NCBI GenBank assembly: GCA_017468465.1
Contig: JAFUIN010000003.1
Span: forward strand, 21,794-85,793
Direction: 5' to 3'
DNA length: 64,000 nucleotides
Source of the DNA: Clostridia bacterium
Lineage (GTDB): Bacteria; Bacillota; Clostridia; UMGS1840
This document shows positions 20,832 to 29,790 of the stretch, in pieces (position 1 is the first letter of the stretch; the number at the start of each line of letters is the position of its first letter). The notes beneath the pieces were generated by a model that was not told the DNA's origin, ran no database searches, and saw nothing but the letters and a program-made list of their open reading frames with translations. A program made the position numbers and the translations under genes.

Positions 20832-21032
20832 TTATTCGTTAATTCCCAGTTCTCTTTCTTTTAATACGGTCTTAATTTTCGCAATTGTTTTTTTAACTTC
20901 TTTCATTCTCATGGGGTTATCAAGTTGATTGGTGGCATGTTGAAATCTTAAGTTAAAAAGCTCAATTTTCAGCTCAGCGAGTTTCTGATTAAGCTCCATA
21001 TCTGCTAATTCTCTAATATTCTTAATCTTCAT
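20832..21032 (-). CDS. rpmC: 50S ribosomal protein L29
   Basis: 66 aa with a uL29 sequence. It overlaps the rplP 3' end by 11 nt. Confidence 0.9.
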   Translation of the reverse strand: MKIKNIRELADMELNQKLAELKIELFNLRFQHATNQLDNPMRMKEVKKTIAKIKTVLKERELGINE

Positions 21033-21459
21033 CGCTTTCTACCTCCACTTCTTTTTCGCGGAGAACAAACTTGGTCTTTACAGACAGTTTGTGCTGCGCA
21101 AGTCTCATAGCTTCTCTGGCAGTTGTTTCATCAACACCGGAAAGTTCAAACAGCACTCTGCCCGGTTTTACAACTGCAACCCAATATTCGGGAGAACCTT
21201 TACCACTACCCATACGAGTTTCAGCAGGTTTTTCGGTTACCGGTTTATCAGGGAAAATTTTAATCCAAACTTTACCGCCTCTTTTGATGTAACGGTTAAT
21301 CGCAATACGGGCAGCTTCAATCTGGTTACCGGTGATCCAACCGGGTTCGGTAGCCTGAATACCGTAATCGCCGTAAGTTACTTTGTTACCTCTTAAAGCT
21401 TTACCGGTCATTCTGCCTCTAAACTGTTTTCTTCTTTTTACTCTTTTAGGCATTAACAT
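21022..21459 (-). CDS. rplP: 50S ribosomal protein L16
   Basis: 145 aa with a [16 protein letters not shown] start. Confidence 0.95.
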   Translation of the reverse strand: MLMPKRVKRRKQFRGRMTGKALRGNKVTYGDYGIQATEPGWITGNQIEAARIAINRYIKRGGKVWIKIFPDKPVTEKPAETRMGSGKGSPEYWVAVVKPGRVLFELSGVDETTAREAMRLAQHKLSVKTKFVLREKEVEVESDED

Positions 21460-21462
21460 AGC

Positions 21463-22140
21463 TTATTTTCCTCCCTCTTGAGTATTTTTTTTCGCATTTT
21501 TGCTTTCAGGAAGAATTTCACCTTTGTAAATCCATACTTTAACGCCTAATTTACCGTAGGTGGTATTCGCTTCTGCAAAACCGTAATCGATGTCTGCTCT
21601 TAAGGTCTGCAGCGGAATGGTTCCTTCATGATAATGCTCAGTTCTAGCAATTTCAGCACCGCCAACACGGCCTGAAACAGAAGTTTTGATACCTTTTGCA
21701 CCGAACTTCATAGTTCTCTGCATAGACTGTTTCATCGCTCTTCTGAAGGAAATTCTCTTTTCCAACTGAGCTGCGATGTTTTCAGCTACTAAAGTTGCAT
21801 CCATTTCAGCGGGTTTTACTTCAACAATGTTTACGTTAACATTTGCATTGCCACCCAGTAAGTTTACAACAGAAGCTCTGATTTTTTCTAATTCTGCACC
21901 GCCTTTACCGATTAACATACCCGGTTTTGCAGTGAATACTTTAACAAAAATTTTGTTTGCTTTTCTTGCAATTTCAATTTTGGAAATGCCGGCCTGATAC
22001 AGAGATTTTTTCAAGAATACTCTGATTTTGTGGTCTTCTACCAAAGTATCGCCGAATTTGTGATCCGGAGCATACCATTTGGAGTCCCAATCTTTAATAA
22101 CGCCGACTCTTAAACCATGCGGGTTAACTTTCTGACCCAT
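21463..22140 (-). CDS. rpsC: 30S ribosomal protein S3
   Basis: 225 aa with a [13 protein letters not shown] start. Confidence 0.95.
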   Translation of the reverse strand: MGQKVNPHGLRVGVIKDWDSKWYAPDHKFGDTLVEDHKIRVFLKKSLYQAGISKIEIARKANKIFVKVFTAKPGMLIGKGGAELEKIRASVVNLLGGNANVNVNIVEVKPAEMDATLVAENIAAQLEKRISFRRAMKQSMQRTMKFGAKGIKTSVSGRVGGAEIARTEHYHEGTIPLQTLRADIDYGFAEANTTYGKLGVKVWIYKGEILPESKNAKKNTQEGGK

Positions 22141-22152
22141 TACTCATACCTC

Positions 22153-22488
22153 CTATTCTTTTTCTTTTACAACCACGGTAATATGGCTGGTTCTTTTTGC
22201 AATTCTGAACGCTCTACCCTGTGCTCTGGGCTGAATTCTTTTCAGAATGGGACCGCAGTTTGCGAAGCATTCGGAAACGTACAGGTCATCTTTTGCCATA
22301 TTATGATTGTTTTCCGCATTGGCAATAGCTGATAATAACAGTTTTTCAACCAGCGGGGATGCAGCTTTGGGAGTATGTCTTAAAATAGCCAAAGCCTGAC
22401 CAACAGGTTTGTTTCTGATTAAATCAATCACTATCTTTACCTTGCGGGGAGATATTCTAGCATAACGGAGAGTTGCTTTTGCCTCCAT
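22153..22488 (-). CDS. rplV: 50S ribosomal protein L22
   Basis: 111 aa with a uL22 sequence. Confidence 0.95.
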   Translation of the reverse strand: MEAKATLRYARISPRKVKIVIDLIRNKPVGQALAILRHTPKAASPLVEKLLLSAIANAENNHNMAKDDLYVSECFANCGPILKRIQPRAQGRAFRIAKRTSHITVVVKEKE

Positions 22489-22566
22489 CTTTATTCCTCC
22501 TCTTTCACCTCTATAAGGTGGTTCTAAATTTTAATGTGGTATGGGTTTTCGTTTGAAAGACCCGTC

Positions 22567-22839
22567 TTATTTTGAAGTTTTTGCACCTGCGTGACCTTTG
22601 TAGGTTCTGGTAGGAGCAAATTCGCCCAGTTTGTGACCAACCATATCTTCGGTTACATATACCGGAACATGTTTTCTTCCGTCATATAACGCAATGGTAT
22701 GTCCAACAAACTGCGGGAAAATAGTAGAAGCTCTTGACCAAGACTTCAGAACTCTCTTTTCGCCTTTATCATTCATTTCTTCAATTCTTTTCAAAAGTTT
22801 GAGGTCCACGAAAGGCCCTTTTTTGATTGAACGGCTCAT
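22567..22839 (-). CDS. rpsS: 30S ribosomal protein S19
   Basis: I moved the start to [12 protein letters not shown] (90 aa). Confidence 0.93.
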   Translation of the reverse strand: MSRSIKKGPFVDLKLLKRIEEMNDKGEKRVLKSWSRASTIFPQFVGHTIALYDGRKHVPVYVTEDMVGHKLGEFAPTRTYKGHAGAKTSK

Positions 22840-22932
22840 ATTTTTGCCTCCTTGTAGATTTTTTCGCACAAGCTGTGCGTTTTATCGGGGTACCGAATAC
22901 GGCAAAAGCCGTATTACGGTGTATGTCGATGA

Positions 22933-23766
22933 TTATTTACCGTTTCTGGTCTTAACGATCAGGCGGTTAGTGATTTTCTTTTTCTTTCTGGTTTTTAAGC
23001 CCAGAGCCGGTTTACCCCAGGGAGTAACAGGAGCCGGACGACCGATGGGTGATTTACCTTCACCACCACCATGGGGATGGTCGCAGGGGTTCATAACAAC
23101 ACCACGAACGGTAGGTTTGATGCCCATATGTCTGGTTCTACCTGCTTTACCAATGGTAACGTTTTCATGCTCTAAGTTACTAACCTGACCGATAGTTGCT
23201 TTACAGTCAATCAGCACTTTTCTAACTTCGCCGGAGGGAAGTCTTACCTGAGCATAGTCGCCTTCTTTTGCCATCAGCTGTGCTGCATTACCTGCAGAAC
23301 GAACCAGCTGACCGCCTTTGTTTTTGGTGATTTCCACATTGTGGATAATGGTACCAACCGGAATGTTTGCCAGAGGCAGAGTGTTACCGGGTTTGATATC
23401 AGCGGTTGCAGAGGAGATAACTTTGTGACCAACTTTTAATTCGTTGGGAGCTAAGATATATCTCTTTTCGCCGTCTTCATACTGAACCAGTGCGATATAC
23501 GCGGTTCTGTTGGGATCGTATTCTAAAGTCAGAACGGTTGCAGGCATATCCATTTTGTCTCTTTTGAAGTCGATAATTCTGTATTTGGATTTGTTTCCGC
23601 CGCCTCTATGTCTAACAGTGATTCTGCCGTAGGAGTTTCTGCCGGCATGTTTTTTCAGTTTTACAAGAAGAGATTTTTCAGGTTTTACATCAGACAACAC
23701 AGAGAAGTCAGGTGCGGTCATATATCTTCTTGACGGTGTAGTCGGTTTATAAGTTTTTACTGCCAT
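22933..23766 (-). CDS. rplB: 50S ribosomal protein L2
   Basis: I moved the start to [14 protein letters not shown]. The protein carries the GGGEG motif. Confidence 0.95.
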   Translation of the reverse strand: MAVKTYKPTTPSRRYMTAPDFSVLSDVKPEKSLLVKLKKHAGRNSYGRITVRHRGGGNKSKYRIIDFKRDKMDMPATVLTLEYDPNRTAYIALVQYEDGEKRYILAPNELKVGHKVISSATADIKPGNTLPLANIPVGTIIHNVEITKNKGGQLVRSAGNAAQLMAKEGDYAQVRLPSGEVRKVLIDCKATIGQVSNLEHENVTIGKAGRTRHMGIKPTVRGVVMNPCDHPHGGGEGKSPIGRPAPVTPWGKPALGLKTRKKKKITNRLIVKTRNGK

Positions 23767-23785
23767 TATCAATCATCTCCTTCTC

Positions 23786-24073
23786 TTATTGTAAGCTTTC
23801 GAAGAATTCGATTGTTTTGGTGCCTTTTAATTTTACAATCGCTTTCTTCCAGTCGGAAGTTTTACCCTGGTGAACGCCAACTCTCTTGTTCTTACCCATT
23901 ACATTGACGGTGGTAACTTTTTCAACTTCAACTTTGAAGATTTCTTCCACTGCTTTTTTGATTTCAATTTTGTTGGCATTGGAATTCACTTTGAAAGTGT
24001 ACTTCTTGTCTGCCAGCATGCTCATAGATTTTTCCGAAATAATCGGCGCAATAATGATATCGTATGCGTTCAT
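23786..24073 (-). CDS. rplW: 50S ribosomal protein L23
   Basis: 95 aa with a uL23 sequence. Confidence 0.93.
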   Translation of the reverse strand: MNAYDIIIAPIISEKSMSMLADKKYTFKVNSNANKIEIKKAVEEIFKVEVEKVTTVNVMGKNKRVGVHQGKTSDWKKAIVKLKGTKTIEFFESLQ

Positions 24074-24074
24074 C

Positions 24075-24698
24075 TTATAAGTACACCTCCTCTAATTTAG
24101 TAACTGCAGATGCTTCAATCACCAGTTTGGTGTGATTTAATACATCGTAAGTGTTGATGGTATCAACCACAGCGGTTTTTACACCGGGAACATTTTTTGC
24201 AGAAGCAACCAAATTTGTTTCTTTTGCTCCGGTAACAACGAATGCTTTGGTATCAACTTTTAAGTTTTCTAAAATTTTAACAAAGGATTTGGTTTTGATT
24301 TCATCCATTGCCAGTTTGTCTACAACAACGATGTTGTTTTCCAAAACTTTAGAAGACAGAGCAGATTTTAATGCCAGTCTTCTGGTTTTTTTGTTCAAGG
24401 TGTAGCTGTAATCTCTCGGTTTCGGACCTAATGCTACGCCGCCACCTTTCCACTGAGGAGCACGGATGGAGCCCTGTCTTGCACGACCGGTTCCTTTCTG
24501 CTTCCAAGGTTTTGCACCGCCACCGCTAACTTCGGTACGGGTTTTGGTAGACTGTGTACCCTGTCTCTGATTTGCCAGGTAGTTTTTCACAGTCATATGA
24601 AGTGCTGCGCTGCTAACTTCAACAGCGAAGATTTCGTCTTTTAATTCGATTTCGCCGATTTCTTTGCCTTCAATATTGTATAATGCTACTTTAGGCAT
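24075..24698 (-). CDS. rplD: 50S ribosomal protein L4
   Basis: I moved the start to [13 protein letters not shown] (207 aa). Confidence 0.93.
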   Translation of the reverse strand: MPKVALYNIEGKEIGEIELKDEIFAVEVSSAALHMTVKNYLANQRQGTQSTKTRTEVSGGGAKPWKQKGTGRARQGSIRAPQWKGGGVALGPKPRDYSYTLNKKTRRLALKSALSSKVLENNIVVVDKLAMDEIKTKSFVKILENLKVDTKAFVVTGAKETNLVASAKNVPGVKTAVVDTINTYDVLNHTKLVIEASAVTKLEEVYL

Positions 24699-24786
24699 CT
24701 TATTTCCTCCTTCCAGCCAAAGGCTGATTATCAATTGTTGTCACCCATAAAACAGGTGATAGCATTTTCTATACTGCTTCTGTGAA

Positions 24787-25425
24787 TTACTTACCAGCTT
24801 TCACAGAGCTTTTTACGGTAACCAATCCGCCTTTGGGACCGGGAATAGCACCTTTTACAAGAATCAGGTTTTTGTCTTCCATAACTTTCACGATTTCTAA
24901 GTTCTGAACAGTTACCTGAACATTACCCATGTGACCGGGAAGTTTTTTGCCTTTGAATACACGAGACGGAGAAGAACATGCTCCCATAGAACCTGCGCTT
25001 CTGTGTACCGGACCAGCACCATGGCTCATAGGAACTCTGGACTGACCGTGTCTCTTAATGGAGCCCTGGTAACCTTTACCTTTGGAGATACCGGTTACAT
25101 CAACAGCATCACCTTCTGCGAAGATGCCTGCTTTCAGCTCGTCGCCAACATTGTAAGAAGCGGTATCATCCAGTCTGAATTCTCTTAAGAATCTCATGAT
25201 GGAGGTGCCTGCTTTCTTAAAGTGGCCCATCAACGGTTTGTTTGATTTCTTTTCTTTGGTCTCCACAAAACCAACCTGAATTGCGTTGTAACCGTCAATT
25301 TCAACGGTTTTCTTTTGAGTAACAAAACAGGGACCTGCTTCAATTACGGTAACCGGAACGAATTTGCCGGCTTCGGTGAAAAGCTGAGTCATACCGATTT
25401 TTTTACCCAGAATTGCTTTTTCCAT
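24787..25425 (-). CDS. rplC: 50S ribosomal protein L3
   Basis: 212 aa with a uL3 sequence. Confidence 0.95.
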   Translation of the reverse strand: MEKAILGKKIGMTQLFTEAGKFVPVTVIEAGPCFVTQKKTVEIDGYNAIQVGFVETKEKKSNKPLMGHFKKAGTSIMRFLREFRLDDTASYNVGDELKAGIFAEGDAVDVTGISKGKGYQGSIKRHGQSRVPMSHGAGPVHRSAGSMGACSSPSRVFKGKKLPGHMGNVQVTVQNLEIVKVMEDKNLILVKGAIPGPKGGLVTVKSSVKAGK

Positions 25426-25592
25426 AATTTTTTCCTCCTATGGTTATTGGTTGGGGGTTGCCCAACATGACCTTGGTACCTCATCAGTTTTTGAGGTATC
25501 AGGTGGGCGAGATATTCGCCCATACGAATTCTCTTTGACACAGGTAAGAGAAAACTCGTATACTATTATATATAATTAAATAATAGCCGATT
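25426..25592 (-). other. Unusually long structured rpsJ-rplC intercistronic spacer
   Basis: A 167-nt gap holding three stem-loops: 25450-25466 (GTTGGG/CCCAAC), 25475-25500 (8 of 9 bp) and 25505-25521 (GGGCGA/TCGCCC). Confidence 0.6.
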
Positions 25593-25907
25593 TTACAGTT
25601 TGATGTCGAATTCTACACCTGCGGGCAGGTCTAATTTCATCAAAGCATCAACAGTTTTTGCAGTAGGATTCAAGATGTCGATCATTCTTTTGTGAGTTCT
25701 CATTTCGAACTGTTCTCTGGAATCTTTATACTTGTGTACTGCTCTTAAGATAGTAACTACTTCTTTTTTGGTGGGAAGCGGAATCGGGCCGGATACTCCT
25801 GCGCCAGTTCTTTTTGCGGTTTCCACTACCTTTTCTGCAGACTGATCTAAAATAACGTGATCGTATGCTTTCAGTCTGATTCTGATTTTTTCTTTCATTG
25901 CTGCCAT
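25593..25907 (-). CDS. rpsJ: 30S ribosomal protein S10
   Basis: 104 aa with [17 protein letters not shown] lies 10 nt upstream of the ATG. Confidence 0.95.
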   Translation of the reverse strand: MAAMKEKIRIRLKAYDHVILDQSAEKVVETAKRTGAGVSGPIPLPTKKEVVTILRAVHKYKDSREQFEMRTHKRMIDILNPTAKTVDALMKLDLPAGVEFDIKL

Positions 25908-26003
25908 AACCGTGTTTCCTCCTAAAAATTAAATAATATTTTGTGTTCTGTTCGGCACACGGATAATTTTTCCGACACTTAGCCTCGTGTTTCACACCTG
26001 TTT

Positions 26004-26050
26004 CATAAAATATCCCGAAGATTTTTATAGAAATTATAAAAATTTTCGGG
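26004..26050 (-). promoter_or_regulatory. Long AT-rich attenuator-like hairpin in the S10 operon leader
   Basis: Minus strand: CCCGAAAATTTTTATA-atttc-TATAAAAATCTTCGGG (16-bp stem with one mismatch) followed by ATATTTTAT. It lies within the ~300-nt leader between the predicted promoter and rpsJ. Confidence 0.45.
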
Positions 26051-26216
26051 CATAAAAATGGTAACGATGTGAGTACACAAAGTTGTCTTCATAGATTACC
26101 GTATTTTAGCCGCCTGGTTTCAAACCAAACATACTCCGTGGAAATTCCCTTCAAAACAGCCGGTTTTTACCGTTTTGGAGCCACCTTCCACTTCATCGCA
26201 TAACATAACCTTTGAT

Positions 26217-26245
26217 ATTATAGCAGATTGTTTTGCAAATTGCAA
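26217..26245 (-). promoter_or_regulatory. Sigma-A-type promoter candidate of the S10-spc-alpha cluster
   Basis: Minus strand: TTGCAA (26240-26245), 17 nt, then TATAAT (26217-26222). Long A/T tracts (UP-element-like) lie upstream at 26246-26300. Confidence 0.6.
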
Positions 26246-26314
26246 GCTTTTTTTGAATTTTTTTTAATTTTTTTGAAAAAAATTTTTTAACAGGATTTTT
26301 TTCTGCAAAATACA

Positions 26315-26360
26315 ACAAAAAAAAGAGCTGCAGCAAACGGATTTTCTTTTTGCTGCAGCC
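26315..26360 (-). terminator. Intrinsic terminator after ypeB
   Basis: Minus strand: GCTGCAGCAAA...TTTGCTGCAGC stem (26327-26359) followed by a T8 run (the plus-strand A-run 26317-26324). Confidence 0.8.
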
Positions 26361-26380
26361 TCTCTTTTCATTCGCCATGA

Positions 26381-27724
26381 TTACTCTGTCAACACACCGT
26401 TTTCATTTTCCACCACCAAAAGAATTTGCTCGGTATGTCCGGTCTGGGCATTGACGTAAACCAAATAGTCACGCTGGTTCAGCTTACCTTTTAACTCATA
26501 GGCATAAATCTCTCTGCCATCATCACGGGGAATCAAAGCACGGTTCACCGAAGAAATCTCTATTTTCGGATGAATATATTCTTCCGGATGAAAGGGTTCA
26601 AATTCCGGAACAGAGCGTTCCCGATGATTCATCAGGTACCCTTTGGCTTCGTATGCTGTAATTTCACCGTTATCCAGTGAAATGCGCAGCTTGATTAAAT
26701 CGGGATATTCCCTGATGTCGCCATTCAAAGGACAGCAGTTCATCGTAAGAAAGCCGTCTCCCACTTCATAATAGCTTGCGGTGAAGTTTCCCTTCCCTAA
26801 AGAAGAAAGAAATGTCATTCCCTTTTCCATTGCCTGCTCTGCGGAAAGATTGTTGCTATGGTTCTGGCGGCTGTTTAGATAGTACAGCACTTCTCCGCCC
26901 TGTTTGGTAATATCAATAGCATAATCGGTATCATCACTCAGCTTGCCTGTAAAGTTATAGGCAGCAGGAACAGTGTTTTGGGATTCGCCATTTAGTTTGA
27001 TGCTTTTTACCCTGTCATTCCCCAAGAAATTGCGTGCCGCTTGCTGGGCTTCCTTTTTAGTGATTTCAGCTTTATCGCTAAGATACTCTGCCTGACGGTT
27101 ATCCAAATGGTCAGAAAATGCACCATCGTAAATCAGCCGGGGATAATTGCCAAACTCCTGTTCCAAAACGGTAAACTGGTTATCCGCTTCCTCCTCCGAT
27201 GCTGCATTTACTTTTTGCGTGAACTCCATCATATCAGAAAAGGTGGCATTTTGATTAAAATAGGTTTCTTCCAACGAAAGCAAAGTGTTGCTTAAATGAT
27301 CGGCATATCCTAAAAGAGAAAACATTGTTTCTACATCCGCTTCGGACACAGATTGGTTCTTTTGTGTTTTCTCTGCAAGATAAACGGTGTAATCTCCTAC
27401 CTGTGCCAGATATTTTTGTGTTTTATCCAGATTGATATCGGTAATGGGAAGCTGTCCCAGCGAACTTTTTGCAAATGCTGCATTGGCTGTAATCTCGTGG
27501 GAAAGTTGATTCAAAATTGCCGGCTCTCTTGTCAGAATTGCTTTGGACAACGCCACATCAATGTTTCTGACACTTTGAGTCAGCTCGGTAAATGCTCTGC
27601 GGTTCTGATTTTCCATATACAAGAGACTTTGTGTATGTTTCTTTGCCAATACAACAGAAACCGAAAGCAACACAGCAAAGATTCCTGCAGCAAGTCCCAG
27701 CCATTGTTTTCTGTTTAATATCAT
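26381..27724 (-). CDS. ypeB: Germination protein YpeB
   Basis: 447 aa with an N-terminal membrane anchor and C-terminal PepSY-like repeats. It begins 11 nt after sleB, matching the conserved sleB-ypeB pair. Confidence 0.8.
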   Translation of the reverse strand: MILNRKQWLGLAAGIFAVLLSVSVVLAKKHTQSLLYMENQNRRAFTELTQSVRNIDVALSKAILTREPAILNQLSHEITANAAFAKSSLGQLPITDINLDKTQKYLAQVGDYTVYLAEKTQKNQSVSEADVETMFSLLGYADHLSNTLLSLEETYFNQNATFSDMMEFTQKVNAASEEEADNQFTVLEQEFGNYPRLIYDGAFSDHLDNRQAEYLSDKAEITKKEAQQAARNFLGNDRVKSIKLNGESQNTVPAAYNFTGKLSDDTDYAIDITKQGGEVLYYLNSRQNHSNNLSAEQAMEKGMTFLSSLGKGNFTASYYEVGDGFLTMNCCPLNGDIREYPDLIKLRISLDNGEITAYEAKGYLMNHRERSVPEFEPFHPEEYIHPKIEISSVNRALIPRDDGREIYAYELKGKLNQRDYLVYVNAQTGHTEQILLVVENENGVLTE

Positions 27725-27735
27725 AACAGCCTCCT

Positions 27736-28194
27736 TTATTTCGCGAAGCGGTGATTGCCAATGGTTTTAATAACCGGTCGGGACCAAATCCATTTATTTG
27801 TTGCGGTTTTGGGATTGAAATAATAAATTGCCCCGCCACTGGGGTCCCAGCCGTTCATAGCATCAGTGCATGCCTTGTAAATCGTGGATTTCGGGTCGAT
27901 GGGGACATTGATTTGTCCATCGGATACAGCAGTAAAGGCGCCCGGCTGGTAAATGACGCCGGCAACAGTATTTGGAAAAGACGGATGCCGTACCCGATTT
28001 AAGATAACCGCCGCAACGGCAACCTGTCCTTCGTAGGGCTCACCTCTGGCTTCCCCGTTGACCGCTCGTGCAATCAGCTGCAGATTGGTTTGATAGTTGT
28101 TTGCCGACTGCGCTTTTTGCTCACCTATGCTCCAGATTCCGGCAACAAAAAACAAAGACAGCACTACTGCAACAACCATTTGTTTTTGTTTCAT
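27736..28194 (-). CDS. sleB: Spore cortex-lytic enzyme, SleB/CwlJ hydrolase family
   Basis: I moved the start to MKQKQMVVAVVLSLFFVAG (signal or anchor sequence). The catalytic-domain motifs are ARAVNGEARGEPYEGQVAVAAVILNRV and YQPGAFT. No N-terminal peptidoglycan-binding domain is present. Confidence 0.8.
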   Translation of the reverse strand: MKQKQMVVAVVLSLFFVAGIWSIGEQKAQSANNYQTNLQLIARAVNGEARGEPYEGQVAVAAVILNRVRHPSFPNTVAGVIYQPGAFTAVSDGQINVPIDPKSTIYKACTDAMNGWDPSGGAIYYFNPKTATNKWIWSRPVIKTIGNHRFAK

Positions 28195-28221
28195 GAGAAA
28201 AAACCTCTTTTCTAAAAATTG

Positions 28222-28255
28222 CATAAAAAAATGCCAGTATATTTCTATACTGACA
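28222..28255 (-). terminator. Intrinsic terminator-like hairpin after rplT
   Basis: Minus strand: CAGTATA-gaaa-TATACTG, extendable with a G-U pair, followed by a T7 run (the plus-strand A-run 28224-28230). Confidence 0.65.
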
Positions 28256-28293
28256 TTTTGAACAGATTGCACTGTTTCTATGCAATAAAAATC

Positions 28294-28647
28294 TTACAGA
28301 GCAGCTTTTGCTTTTTCAACCAAAGCGGTGAAAGCAGCAGGATCTGCGATTGCGATTTCAGAAAGCATTTTTCTGTTGATTTCGATGTTTGCTTTTTTAA
28401 GGCCGTTCATCAGTCTGGAATAGCTGATGCCATTCATTCTTGCAGCTGCATTGATTCTTGCAATCCACAGCTGTCTGAATTCTCTCTTCTTCTGTTTTCT
28501 GCCGATGTATGCATAAACCAGAGATTTCATTACTGCTTCGTTAGCGGTTCTGAACAGTCTGCTTTTTGCACCTCTGTAGCCTTTTGCTAATTTTAAGATT
28601 TTTTTATGTCTTCTTCTGGTGGTAACAGCACCTTTGATTCTTGCCAT
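28294..28647 (-). CDS. rplT: 50S ribosomal protein L20
   Basis: 117 aa with a [16 protein letters not shown] start. Confidence 0.95.
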   Translation of the reverse strand: MARIKGAVTTRRRHKKILKLAKGYRGAKSRLFRTANEAVMKSLVYAYIGRKQKKREFRQLWIARINAAARMNGISYSRLMNGLKKANIEINRKMLSEIAIADPAAFTALVEKAKAAL

Positions 28648-28708
28648 AGTATTCTATATCCTCCAACTTCTATAATTTCGATGTTACAAAGAAAGATTCT
28701 TATAAAAC

Positions 28709-28906
28709 TTATTTATAAGGAATCAGTTTTTTGATGACTGCTGCATTTGCTTCGCAAGCGTAGCCACCCATTCTTAAATGTCTTTTTCTCTTAGTGGTTT
28801 TTTTGTTCAGAATGTGTCTTCTTCCTGCTTTGGCTCTTTTCACTTTGCCACCTTTGGTCAGTGAAAATCTTTTTGCTGCACCTCTGTGTGTCTTAATTTT
28901 AGGCAT
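28709..28906 (-). CDS. rpmI: 50S ribosomal protein L35
   Basis: 65 aa with a [14 protein letters not shown] start. Confidence 0.95.
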   Translation of the reverse strand: MPKIKTHRGAAKRFSLTKGGKVKRAKAGRRHILNKKTTKRKRHLRMGGYACEANAAVIKKLIPYK

Positions 28907-28954
28907 AATAAATTCTCCTCTCTTATTCTATAAAATAACCAAACCTAAAACGGT

Positions 28955-29464
28955 TTATTTGGGGCCTAAAAACATTACCATGCTTCTGCCTTCCATTTTC
29001 GGCGGTTTGTCAACATTACCAACTTCGGTAATCGCTTCACCAAATCGGTTCAAGGTATCGGCTCCCAGGTTTGTGTGAGCCATTTCTCTGCCGCGGAAAC
29101 GAACAGAAACCTTCACCTTGTCGCCGGCTTTCAAAAACTTGATTGCCTGATTCAACTTGGTGTTGAAATCATGAGTGTCAATATTCACAGAAAGACGAAC
29201 TTCCTTGATGTTTACAACCTTCTGATTTTTTTTGATTTCCTTTTCCTTTTTTGCCTGTTCAAAACGATATTTGCCGTAGTCCATAATTTTACAAACCGGC
29301 GGAACCGCTTTGGGAGAAATCATAACCAAATCCAGATTTTGATTGTTTGCAGCATCCAGCGCATCTTTCAAAGACAACACCCCAAGCTGCTCTCCGTTTG
29401 CACTAATCACTCTGAGTTCTTTTTCACGGATTTCCTCATTGATTGGTAATTCCTTCACGCTAAT
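28955..29464 (-). CDS. infC: Translation initiation factor IF-3
   Basis: IF-3 sequence (INEEIREKELRVISANGEQLGV...). The track start at 29458 is GTG. An in-frame ATT at 29462-29464 lies 7 nt after AGGGGTG and one stop-free stretch after a TAG, so a non-canonical ATT start is likely. Confidence 0.9.
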   Translation of the reverse strand: MSVKELPINEEIREKELRVISANGEQLGVLSLKDALDAANNQNLDLVMISPKAVPPVCKIMDYGKYRFEQAKKEKEIKKNQKVVNIKEVRLSVNIDTHDFNTKLNQAIKFLKAGDKVKVSVRFRGREMAHTNLGADTLNRFGEAITEVGNVDKPPKMEGRSMVMFLGPK

Positions 29465-29544
29465 GGAAACGCACCCCTAACTTTATCTTTTTTATTTATA
29501 ACAGCATCCTTTTTAAGATGCGTGCTAACACGGATTCATTCCAC

Positions 29545-29596
29545 AAAAAAAGACGGATACCATCCGCCCTCAAAAAACACGGGAACACTCCCCCGT
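29545..29596 (-). promoter_or_regulatory. Tandem terminator-like hairpins in the infC leader (L20-leader-type attenuator candidate)
   Basis: Minus strand: the ACGGGGG-agtg-TTCCCGT hairpin followed by GTTTTTT (29572-29596), then the GGGCGGAT-ggt-ATCCGTCT hairpin followed by T7 (29545-29569). Both lie between the promoter and infC, and no upstream same-strand gene needs terminating. Confidence 0.5.
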
Positions 29597-29670
29597 ATTA
29601 CAATAACCCGCCAACAATATCGACAAGGTGAGAAGCGGAAAACTTCTGCTTTCTTTATGAATCATTTAGT

Positions 29671-29698
29671 ATTATACCACAATTTTTTCATTTGTCAA
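29671..29698 (-). promoter_or_regulatory. Sigma-A-type promoter candidate of infC-rpmI-rplT
   Basis: Minus strand: TTGACA (29693-29698), 16 nt, then an extended -10 TGgTATAAT (TATAAT at 29671-29676). Confidence 0.6.
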
Positions 29699-29743
29699 GT
29701 GTTTTTTTGAAATTTTTCAGTGTTCTATCTCAATCAAAACGAA

Positions 29744-29751
29744 CATACAAT
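29744..29751 (+). promoter_or_regulatory. CATACAAT box (sigma-E-type -10 consensus) upstream of the M23 peptidase gene
   Basis: An exact CATACAAT lies 40 nt upstream of the TTG start at 29791. I found no convincing -35 element. Confidence 0.3.
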
Positions 29752-29790
29752 CTAACTGAGAAATTTTTCAGGAAAACGGAGGGGTTTTGA

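Noticed and set aside
25909-26209. A small ORF in the S10 leader (ATG...TGA, about 28 codons) as a possible leader peptide.
   Set aside because: It has no Shine-Dalgarno sequence and no recognisable regulatory codon pattern. I treat it as non-coding.
26193-26378. 61-aa minus-strand ORF between ypeB and rpsJ.
   Set aside because: It is translated from the ypeB terminator hairpin, the A/T tracts and the S10 promoter. Its composition is Lys/Phe/Leu homopolymer-like, and it has no RBS.
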